NCBI GenBank assembly: GCA_963718665.1
Contig: OY970359.1
Location: 1,952,001-2,016,000, forward strand
Direction of reading: 5' to 3'
Source: an uncultured Phycisphaerales bacterium
Lineage (GTDB): Bacteria > Planctomycetota > Phycisphaerae > Sedimentisphaerales > Anaerobacaceae
DNA: 64,000 nucleotides
Below the pieces are notes generated by a model. It made no database searches. It was not told where the DNA came from and saw only the letters and a list, made by a program, of their open reading frames with translations. The position numbers and the translations under genes are program-made. Below, piece after piece: positions 55,978 through 64,000 of this stretch (position 1 is its first letter; each line of letters opens with the position of its first letter).

Positions 55978-58350
55978 ATGATTAAAAAAAACGGCAAAAT
56001 ACGATTTCACAGAGCTATGACTTTGCTCGAGCTGGTATTGGCGATGGTTATGATAACCATTATCTTCGCCGCTGTTTTTCCGCAGTTTGCGGCCATAGGG
56101 CACAATTGGGACATCAAGCAGGGTTCCGCAGAGGCGCTCCAAAACGGCAGGGTGCTTATGGACCATATAAGCCGAAATCTCTCGAAGGCCAAGAGAATAA
56201 CTGCCGTCAGCGCTTCTACGGTTACCAATGGCTATATCCAGTTCGTTGATAACAACGATGTGAACGACAGATACGATATTGCTTCCTCTGACAGCTATGT
56301 TGAGTATGGCCCCGTCGGCACTCTTTCGGATTTAGCCGGCCCTGTAAGCTCATTCCAGTTTACCTGTTACGATGTCTGCGATAATCCTTTATCGCCTGTT
56401 ACCGATGCCAACGCCGTCCGCGTTGTAAAGATTAATGCCACCTTTACCAATTCGGCTTCCCTCGGTCAGCCTAAAACCTTCACCACCTGGGCTTATCTGC
56501 GGACGAACGGCCAGAATCAGGGATGTTGGCAGGACCAGGATATCGGGTCTGTTGCTGCCGCCGGCAGCGCAACTTCTGCGAATTCCAACTGGACCGTCGT
56601 TGGTTCGGGCGCTGACATTTGGAATACCTCTGATGGATTTCACTATGTCTATCAGTCGCTTAGCGGCAACGGACAAATTGTCGCCCGAGTTAGCAGTATC
56701 ACAAATACAAATTCCTGGGCAAAGGCGGGTGTGATGATTCGCGAGACACTGACTGGCGGCTCAGAACACGCTATAATGCTCATTACGCCCGGCCAGGGCA
56801 CGGATTTTCAATATCGAACCAGCACTAACGGCAGCAGCGTCAGTGCAACCACAACCGGAACCGGTAGCAGTATCGCGGCTCCCTACTGGGTCAAGTTAAC
56901 CCGAGTAGGAAATACTTTTACCGGCTATCACTCCCCGGACGACTCAAATTGGACACAGATTGGCAGCGTTTCAATCACTATGGCGACCAACGCTTATATT
57001 GGTCTGGCGGTCACCAGCCACAGCGATGGCGCCCTCTGCACTGCCAATTTCGATAATATCAGCTTTTTAACGTATGAAGGGTTTAGCGAGGCCAAGAACC
57101 CATCTGATAGTAATACGTCTGTTACTATTCCAACGCCTGCTACGAATGTGGGCGACCTGCTCATCGCGGCAGTCGCCACCGACGGCAGCACAACTATTTC
57201 ATCACCTTCCGGATGGACAGTAATTAACCAAGGCAGCGATCCCAACAGTCAGGTAACTCTGGGCGTCTGGTGGAGATTTGCGGTTGTCTCAGAGCCGGCA
57301 AGTCATCAATTCACCTGGACAGGAGGTCAGAAGGCATACGGCTGGATGATGCGGTTTAAGGGCCAAAACCTCGCCAGTCCAATTAATACTTTCTCGTCCG
57401 CCAGCAGTTCCGGCAGTGCCACGCCAACCAGTCCCGCAGTTACGACAACAACCAATTGCTGCCTGATTCTTCGTCTGGGGGCGTTTGACGATTCCGATAT
57501 TAACGTTGACAGCCCCGGCTTAAGCGGTAATACCCCCATTACGATGGATGCGAGTGGCGGCAGTCCCATAGCGGTTACAATACTTGGCTCGTGGCTAACA
57601 GGTACAACCCATGCGATAGCGTCGGGCACCAACCGTGCTCTGGTCTTCATTGCACATGCAAAGAGCAGCAGCAGCACATCGAGCTTAACCGCTGTTACCT
57701 ATGGCGGGCGAGCGATGACAAAAATTACCGATAAGCTTACAGGGAGCGGTTCCAGCCGGGCATACGTTGCGGCGTTTATCCTCAATGACGCCAATATTAC
57801 TGCGGCAACTACCACCACCTTCACTCCGACTTGGACTTCGGCGCCAGGCAGTATCACATACACAAGTGTATTCCTTCAGAACGTCAACCAGACGACCCTT
57901 GTCAGGGCCACTGCCAGTGCCGGTGCCACAAGCAGCAGTACGGTATCGACTTCTGCACTTGCCAACAGCAACGGCGATATGGTGCTTGAGTGCGCCGCCA
58001 GCTCCGTCGCGGGCACATACACAGTAACGAGCGGCTGGACTAAAGACATTGACCTTTCGGTAACAGGTTACGATGGTATGGGTGGACACAAACCCGCAAC
58101 AGGCGCCAGCGAAACGCCGAGTATAACCCAATCGAACGGCAACCATTCGCTTATTGGGTTCGTAGTGCAGGGTACAGGGCTTGGTACGGTTTCTGGCGGC
58201 GCCGGATACGTCAGGCAATCGCTTGCTGGCAATAGCGGAACTTCGACCTTCTCAATTGGCTCGGCAAATGAGGCGAGGATGCTTACCATAGCGATAGCGC
58301 CGAGCGACCCTAACCGTAACGCCTGTTGCCAGAGCAATATATTACCTTGA
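55978..58350 (+). CDS. Giant minor pilin (GspJ/PilW-like) fused to lectin-like beta-sandwich domains
   Basis: HRA|MTLLELVLA; GSGADIW...WAKAGVMIRE ConA-like domain; S/T-rich beta domains. Confidence 0.85.
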   Translation: MIKKNGKIRFHRAMTLLELVLAMVMITIIFAAVFPQFAAIGHNWDIKQGSAEALQNGRVLMDHISRNLSKAKRITAVSASTVTNGYIQFVDNNDVNDRYDIASSDSYVEYGPVGTLSDLAGPVSSFQFTCYDVCDNPLSPVTDANAVRVVKINATFTNSASLGQPKTFTTWAYLRTNGQNQGCWQDQDIGSVAAAGSATSANSNWTVVGSGADIWNTSDGFHYVYQSLSGNGQIVARVSSITNTNSWAKAGVMIRETLTGGSEHAIMLITPGQGTDFQYRTSTNGSSVSATTTGTGSSIAAPYWVKLTRVGNTFTGYHSPDDSNWTQIGSVSITMATNAYIGLAVTSHSDGALCTANFDNISFLTYEGFSEAKNPSDSNTSVTIPTPATNVGDLLIAAVATDGSTTISSPSGWTVINQGSDPNSQVTLGVWWRFAVVSEPASHQFTWTGGQKAYGWMMRFKGQNLASPINTFSSASSSGSATPTSPAVTTTTNCCLILRLGAFDDSDINVDSPGLSGNTPITMDASGGSPIAVTILGSWLTGTTHAIASGTNRALVFIAHAKSSSSTSSLTAVTYGGRAMTKITDKLTGSGSSRAYVAAFILNDANITAATTTTFTPTWTSAPGSITYTSVFLQNVNQTTLVRATASAGATSSSTVSTSALANSNGDMVLECAASSVAGTYTVTSGWTKDIDLSVTGYDGMGGHKPATGASETPSITQSNGNHSLIGFVVQGTGLGTVSGGAGYVRQSLAGNSGTSTFSIGSANEARMLTIAIAPSDPNRNACCQSNILP

Positions 58351-58358
58351 GCCATAAT

Positions 58359-58751
58359 ATGAAAATGAGGATGAAAAATAACGGTGTCGTGTTTTTGATA
58401 GTCGTTTTTGCGATTGCGCTTATAGCGACAATCACAATGGGCATTCTGGTAATGACCACGGAAGAATTGCAGCTTATGCAAAACCAGTTGTATGCAGCAA
58501 ACGCGATGTGCACCGCTGAGGCAGGGCTTAACGCTGCGTTTGTGCAGATAAGGTCAAACTCGAGTTGGACAACCGGCTTTACCAATACGTCGTTCAACGG
58601 CGGCAGCTACACCGTGACTGTTACGGGGACAACAATTACCTCTACCGGCACCTCGTCGCAGGGGTATATGGCCAGGATGGCGGCTGACGTAACGATTGGC
58701 ACGAGTTCGCCATACAAAATCAGAATCGATAAGTTGAGGGTCAACGAATGA
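58359..58751 (+). CDS. Minor pilin (PilX/GspK-like)
   Basis: NNG|VVFLIVV lacking Glu5; AEAGL. Confidence 0.75.
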   Translation: MKMRMKNNGVVFLIVVFAIALIATITMGILVMTTEELQLMQNQLYAANAMCTAEAGLNAAFVQIRSNSSWTTGFTNTSFNGGSYTVTVTGTTITSTGTSSQGYMARMAADVTIGTSSPYKIRIDKLRVNE

Positions 58752-60283
58752 GATTTGTCGAAAAGACAGTGACAGGGATAGATATCTCACAGGAAAGCAT
58801 CAGTATCGTTTTGCTCAAAAATGGCAAGAATGGCCCGAAGCTGGTCAAGTCGGTTTTCGCAGCTGTTCCCGCAGGTGCGATTAAAGACGGTAATATCGCA
58901 GATGCCGTGTTGCTTGCCAAGGCGATAAGAGAGATGAAGGTTCGCAACAGGATATGGACAAACCGTGCGGCCGTTTCACTTTTTGCCAAACCTGTTGTTA
59001 CACAGATGATAGAGATGCCAAAACAGATGCCGCCCAACCTGACCCAGTTTGTCCATGGGGAGATGAAGCACTGTGCCGCTATGCCCAGCGGAGATATCGT
59101 GCTTGATTACTGCTCTGTCGGTTCAAACAAGCGTTCGGCGGATAAAAAGGTTTTGGCGGCTGCCGCTGAGACGAAAAAAGTTACCGAGCTTGTTCAAATT
59201 TTAGGTCGTGCCGGTTTTTCCGCGGAGCTGGTTGAGCCGGCGATATTATCTTATTTGCGGGCCGTCAGTGGCAAAAAAATCGCGGGCAGGTCCGGTTGTA
59301 ATGTGCTTGTGGCTATTTTCAGAGATAACATCCTGACACTGTGTGTTTTAAGAAATGGAGTCGTTGATTTCATACGGACAAAGGAAGTCAGACAGAAATC
59401 GACTCCCGGTGATTTGTGCGGCTGGCTGGCCGAGGAGCTTGCCGAGATACAAAAATTTTACAGTGTTGAGGTTATGGACAATACAGGCAAATGGGAAATA
59501 GCCGTGTTTGCTGATATCGCCCAGTTGCCGCAGGATGCAGAAGCGATTCTGAAATCAAAAATTCAGGCCGGCTCACTGCAGGTCAGGACTTCGAAAGACG
59601 CGTATTTGGATACTATTGTTGGCGACCGACCGGCAGGCGATAAAAATGCGCAGTTATCACCGGTGGCTTTAGGTCTTGCTGTGAATCTTTTGGAGGCGCA
59701 GCAAGATGACGTGAGATTGAACCTGATGCCGCCGCAGATAGTCCAGATAAAGGAGGCCAAAAGGGACGTCGTGGTTGCCACTACCGTTGTTGCAGCGCTG
59801 CTGTTGCTTATGGTGCTGGCTGTCGCGGCGCCTGCGTATATGATTAAGAAGGTATCCGGCAATACCGCTGGAAAAACGGCGCGAGTATCGGTACGCAACA
59901 CGGACAAAATATTTGAGAAGAATCGGCATCTCGACGCCAGGTTGCAGGCCTTGTCGGATCGCCTCGACAGCATCGCAAAAATATCGGCCTCGTATAGCGA
60001 CGTAAACTGGGTGCAGTTATTCGCGAGCATACGCGATGCCGTCCCCGCCTCGGTTCGCATCGTCAGTTTGTCCTGTTCCGATGGCCAGAGGATACAGATT
60101 GAAGGACTGGCGCTGTCGAACGACGCCGTCAATTTATTCGTCAGTTTGCTTGAGAAATCGCCCGGTATCTCGACGGTAACGCTGCTTGAGTCCAGTAAAC
60201 AGGAGGGGCAAAAGGGATTTATAAACTACCAGATTAGTTGCAAGCTGGGTGTTAAGAAAGGCAAGGAAGATGATGTCGGTTGA
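58748..60283 (+). CDS. PilM-PilN fusion (GspL-like)
   Basis: GIDIS actin-like start, VALGLA, LNLMP, TM segment, PilN-like C-terminus. Confidence 0.8.
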   Translation: MRFVEKTVTGIDISQESISIVLLKNGKNGPKLVKSVFAAVPAGAIKDGNIADAVLLAKAIREMKVRNRIWTNRAAVSLFAKPVVTQMIEMPKQMPPNLTQFVHGEMKHCAAMPSGDIVLDYCSVGSNKRSADKKVLAAAAETKKVTELVQILGRAGFSAELVEPAILSYLRAVSGKKIAGRSGCNVLVAIFRDNILTLCVLRNGVVDFIRTKEVRQKSTPGDLCGWLAEELAEIQKFYSVEVMDNTGKWEIAVFADIAQLPQDAEAILKSKIQAGSLQVRTSKDAYLDTIVGDRPAGDKNAQLSPVALGLAVNLLEAQQDDVRLNLMPPQIVQIKEAKRDVVVATTVVAALLLLMVLAVAAPAYMIKKVSGNTAGKTARVSVRNTDKIFEKNRHLDARLQALSDRLDSIAKISASYSDVNWVQLFASIRDAVPASVRIVSLSCSDGQRIQIEGLALSNDAVNLFVSLLEKSPGISTVTLLESSKQEGQKGFINYQISCKLGVKKGKEDDVG

Positions 60284-60860
60284 AAAATTTATCCAGATTG
60301 AGCGTTCACACAGGCGTGTTTTACTGATAGCGCTGGCGGCGATTGTGGTTTTTGCGCTGTACCGGTGGATACTGGCGCCGCACACCAATCAGCTTCTGGC
60401 TGCGCAAAGATACAATTCCTCGCTTGATGCGGCTATACGCAAAGCCGATTTTATGCGCACGGCTATGGAAAATAAGAAGACCAAAATCGAGGAACTGACT
60501 AAGGAATCCGACCGGTTGCGAAATCAGTTATTTACGCAAAATGAAGCGCATCGGTTTTTCGCGTCTTTGCCGTCCGTTGTAGCCCAGTCCGGCTGTGCCG
60601 TTCTGTCTGTAAGCGCAGTGCCGGATGCGCAGCGGAATACGCAGAATGACACTCCAGCCATAGCTCCGAAAAAGGCAATGGTTACCATTATTGGCGGATA
60701 CAACAGCATAACTAAATTTCTTGGTGCGTTACAGAACTACGAACGCAAAGTATGGATAGAGTCCGTGAGAATAGATGCCGGCGGCGCCGGAAAACTCAAA
60801 TGTCAGGTGCTCCTGACGGTTTATTGCATCGAACGTGTGGAGAATTCTTTATATGAATAA
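60270..60860 (+). CDS. PilO/GspM-like protein
   Basis: TM segment, coiled coil, GGYNSITKFL. Confidence 0.75.
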   Translation: MMSVEKFIQIERSHRRVLLIALAAIVVFALYRWILAPHTNQLLAAQRYNSSLDAAIRKADFMRTAMENKKTKIEELTKESDRLRNQLFTQNEAHRFFASLPSVVAQSGCAVLSVSAVPDAQRNTQNDTPAIAPKKAMVTIIGGYNSITKFLGALQNYERKVWIESVRIDAGGAGKLKCQVLLTVYCIERVENSLYE

Positions 60861-62145
60861 GCTGATAGCAAAAATAGCGGTGTGTGCCTTTCTCGTTCTG
60901 GCAACGAGTATTTGTAACAGCGCAGGTTCGACAAGCTCAGGGCAGGTCGGCCAGACGCAGCCCGGAAACGCCGCAGTTACGCCCGTTAATGATAAAAAAG
61001 TTGAAGCTGTTGGGGCGGGCGTCGGTCGCGACGACCCGTTTGGAGGCGGTTTCGGCGATACTGCTTCTGAGCCGCAGTCGAATACCATCACAGGGATAGA
61101 TTCGACGGATGCAAAGCCGCCGTTGGTTGTTCGCACGGTTAGTTTGAAGTTTCTTAACGCGGCTAATCTGAAAACCGCGATAGATAAGATGTTAACGACG
61201 CACGGCAGTATCAGCGTCAATGAAAACACCAACTCGCTGATTGTTTGTGATACAGAAGAGAATGTACATAAAATTATTGTCGAGATACAGAAGGCGGACC
61301 AGACGCCAAAGCAGATAATGATTGAGGTTGTTATTATTGACGTTCAGCTTCAAAACGATACCGAAATCGGTGTTGACTGGGATATTTTGAACACCAATAA
61401 CAAGGCCTTAAGTTATCGTCAGAGTATGGTTTTTCCAAATCGCTTGGGTATTATAGAGCCGACGGTCGACAACATTGCTTCTGAAACTGCCTATCAGGCC
61501 ACCGGGCTGGGTAGCGAGGTGGCGATTGTTACCGACGATATTCGTAACGTGCTTCACCTGTTGCAGGAAAAGACAAATGTGGACATCCTTGCCAGTCCTC
61601 GTGTGATGGTCGTCAGCGGCCAGAAAGCCAGCATCAAGACCGTTGAGGAAATCCCGTATCAGGAAATTACGCAATCAAGCTCCGGCGGCGGAGGCAACAA
61701 CGCGATAACCTCGACGGAATTTAAAGACGTCGGTGTTACTATGGAGGTCAAGGCGACCGTAACTGATGAAGGGAAAATTTTATTGATAGTCAGTCCCAGT
61801 CAAAGCGTGACCACAGGAACATCAATCGGAGGGGTTCCGGTTATCGATAAACGCGAGGCCACTACGACACTGCTTATGGATGATGGCCAGGTGGTTGTGA
61901 TGGGTGGATTGAGAAGCCAGAATACGCAAATTACGAAGACTCAGGTGCCTTTGCTGGGCGATTTGCCGCTCATTGGTTTTATCTTTGCGAATAACCACAA
62001 GGTTGTCCAGAATAGTGAGTTGCTTGTGCTTTTATCGCCGCATATTAATGAAAATGAACCAGTGCCGGCGGAGGCAATGAAAAGATTTAACGAGATAAAA
62101 AACAGGCCTGTATTATCGCTGCCTGCTGAGCCGAATTTGCCATAG
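60853..62145 (+). CDS. Short secretin (PilQ/GspD)
   Basis: One N3-like domain; QIMIEV, VPLLGDLPLIGFIF, ELLVLLSP. Confidence 0.92.
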   Translation: MNKLIAKIAVCAFLVLATSICNSAGSTSSGQVGQTQPGNAAVTPVNDKKVEAVGAGVGRDDPFGGGFGDTASEPQSNTITGIDSTDAKPPLVVRTVSLKFLNAANLKTAIDKMLTTHGSISVNENTNSLIVCDTEENVHKIIVEIQKADQTPKQIMIEVVIIDVQLQNDTEIGVDWDILNTNNKALSYRQSMVFPNRLGIIEPTVDNIASETAYQATGLGSEVAIVTDDIRNVLHLLQEKTNVDILASPRVMVVSGQKASIKTVEEIPYQEITQSSSGGGGNNAITSTEFKDVGVTMEVKATVTDEGKILLIVSPSQSVTTGTSIGGVPVIDKREATTTLLMDDGQVVVMGGLRSQNTQITKTQVPLLGDLPLIGFIFANNHKVVQNSELLVLLSPHINENEPVPAEAMKRFNEIKNRPVLSLPAEPNLP

Positions 62146-62279
62146 CCGGGCAATGTGTTGGGATTGGCGTCATGAGTTTTGCTAACCCTAAAGGCGTTTT
62201 GGGTCGATAAAATGTAGGAAATGGATTAAATAAATGGCGGGGGCCACCAATCCCTAAGGGATAAAAAGGAGAATTAGCA

Positions 62280-62702
62280 ATGTTTGGATTATTTAAATCG
62301 GACAAAAAATCGGGTAAACCGAAGATACTTATCGTGGATGATGAGCCGGATTATGTGACTACAATCCAGCAGCATCTTGAATGGAGCAACTACCAGACGA
62401 CAGTGGCCGTCAACGGTCAGGAAGGGTTGGAGAAAGCAGCAAGCGAAAAGCCGGACCTTATTCTGCTTGATACAAACATGCCCATTATGAACGGCCACGA
62501 GACCCTTGAGCATTTGAGCAAGGACCCCCAGTTGAAGAACATACCGGTTATTATGGTTACCGCCGCCTGCGAAATGGACGACATTGCCACCGCCTCATCT
62601 TTTGGTGTCGTTGACTACATCGCAAAGCCGTTTGATTTTACTGAACTCAAAGAGAAGATTGCCAATGCGCTTGCGGGCAAAAAAGCCCTTAGTGGCGTGT
62701 AA
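62280..62702 (+). CDS. Single-domain response regulator
   Basis: ILIVDDE, LLDTNMP, KPF. Confidence 0.92.
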   Translation: MFGLFKSDKKSGKPKILIVDDEPDYVTTIQQHLEWSNYQTTVAVNGQEGLEKAASEKPDLILLDTNMPIMNGHETLEHLSKDPQLKNIPVIMVTAACEMDDIATASSFGVVDYIAKPFDFTELKEKIANALAGKKALSGV

Positions 62703-62726
62703 GGGCGATTTTTAATTCGCTGTTTT

Positions 62727-64000
62727 TCAGCTTTGCGTCTGCTGCAGTTGCTGAGCGGGTTCTGGTTCACAGGCAGATGTTCTAATTGGCAGCAGGAAGT
62801 GCATTGTTGTTCCCTTGCCGAATTCTGATTCCACCCAAATTCTCCCGCCGTGCTTTTCGACGATATCTTTTGATATGGCCAGACCCAGACCAGTTCCTCC
62901 CGTTTTGCGGTTGCCGCTGCCGAGTTGCTGAAATTGCTGGAACAGCTTGGGCATGTCCTCCTGTTTCATTCCGCAGCCGGTGTCGATAACAGAAACGCGA
63001 ATTGAGTTTTCAATCCTGCGGGTTGCGATTGTAATATTACCTTTATCAGTAAATTTCATTGCGTTGCTGACTAAGTTGGTTAGAACCTGAATCATCTTGT
63101 CGCTGTCGAAAATCACCTTGGGCAGGTTGTTATCAACTGCCAGCCGCAGCTCAATACCTTTCTTCTTTACGGCGCCTGCCATCGTGTTATAAACATTTTC
63201 GATGACGCTGTTGATATGCTTGTCCTGCATATTGAATTTAGCCCTGCCCGACTGGAGTTTCTGGAAGTCCAGGACGTCGTTGATAAGCCGGGCGAGGCGG
63301 TCAATATTGCGCTGGGCAATCTCTAATAGCTCCCGTTGTTTGCTTTTGATGCGTCCCGCGGCCCCATCCATTATCAGGGCGATGTCTTCCTTTATTATTG
63401 TCAGCGGCGTCCGCAGCTCGTGAGACACGGTTGAAATGAACTGCGATTTCAGGTCCATCGCCTCTTTGATTTTTTTGTCTGCTTCTTTGCGTTCGGTGAT
63501 ATCACGGATAACGCCGATTGAACCGGTTATACGGCCGTCAGGGTCTTTCAAAATGCTCAGTGATACGTCAACTTCGATTACCTCTCCGTTCTTTTTGAGC
63601 ATCTGTGTCTCGATATGTTGCTGTATTCCTTTCTGTCTTACCTCGTGCGTTCTGATTTTATCCCACGCATCCTCCGGATAAAGCGACTGGACGGGTTTGA
63701 GATACAGGTCGTCTTTGGTCATTCCGAGTAATTGCTCTGTGAATTTGTTCCAGGAAATGAGCTGTTCCTGGTCATCCGCCATCATAATCGCTACCGCGGA
63801 GTTCTCGAATATGGTTCGGTATCTCTCTTCGGCAATTTGCAGCGCACGTTCGGCCTGCCTTCGCTCGGTAACATCCTCGTAGGTCCCCAGGACTCCGATT
63901 ACGTTTCCCTCTGAATCGTGAAGCGGGATTTTGTTTGTATCCAGCCATGCCTGTTTGCCGTCGGCCTGAAGCTGAGGTTCCGAGATGTGGTATTCTGCCG
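62727..64000 (-). CDS. Multi-PAS sensor histidine kinase (5' end outside window)
   Basis: Frame open to the window edge; PAS/PAC motifs, SHELRTPL, NAMKF, GTGLGL. Confidence 0.93.
   Translation of the reverse strand, partial: AEYHISEPQLQADGKQAWLDTNKIPLHDSEGNVIGVLGTYEDVTERRQAERALQIAEERYRTIFENSAVAIMMADDQEQLISWNKFTEQLLGMTKDDLYLKPVQSLYPEDAWDKIRTHEVRQKGIQQHIETQMLKKNGEVIEVDVSLSILKDPDGRITGSIGVIRDITERKEADKKIKEAMDLKSQFISTVSHELRTPLTIIKEDIALIMDGAAGRIKSKQRELLEIAQRNIDRLARLINDVLDFQKLQSGRAKFNMQDKHINSVIENVYNTMAGAVKKKGIELRLAVDNNLPKVIFDSDKMIQVLTNLVSNAMKFTDKGNITIATRRIENSIRVSVIDTGCGMKQEDMPKLFQQFQQLGSGNRKTGGTGLGLAISKDIVEKHGGRIWVESEFGKGTTMHFLLPIRTSACEPEPAQQLQQTQS

Noticed and set aside
1..64000. CRISPR array, retron/DGR reverse transcriptase, integrase or prophage genes
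   Set aside because: No regularly spaced repeat-spacer array, and no RT, integrase or phage motifs in the ORF track.

Overview
Bacterial chromosome segment, most likely Planctomycetota/Phycisphaerae (Sedimentisphaerales-like). This is inferred from the H-X9-DG prepilins, dockerin-like/LamG secreted proteins and a Minf_1886-like gene. Bases 1-18.2 kb form an AT-richer, fragment-riddled carbohydrate island abutting the 3' end of tmRNA. It holds a frameshifted IS5-like element, a split GH44 gene, a large LamG surface protein, prepilin-like genes, a GH-A/CBM6/PA14 hydrolase, an AraC regulator with three matching operator-promoter boxes, and an operon encoding a GDP-mannose 3,5-epimerase-like enzyme, GHMP kinase, mutarotase, GH2 and GH29. 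Bases 18.2-47 kb are mostly core genes: tmRNA, fliA with an orphan flgB-like gene, a diguanylate cyclase, yebC, a Wzy_C/WecA pair, proS, xseAB, tRNA-Leu, metG, ricT, holB, tmk, dnaE, sppA and GH57. Bases 47-64 kb carry an orphan Liv-type binding protein, a DHS-like/ornithine decarboxylase pair, a T2SS/type IV pilus-like operon preceded by sigma28-type promoters, and two-component genes. Best leads: (1) a possible nucleotide-sugar route for salvaging L-galactose or a related L-hexose under AraC control; (2) a sigma28 regulon that appears to drive pili rather than flagella; (3) strong D/E-x-N enrichment in exported proteins; (4) nested 30-bp palindromic elements inserted in-frame into prepilin leaders. 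All calls were made by eye, with no database searches.
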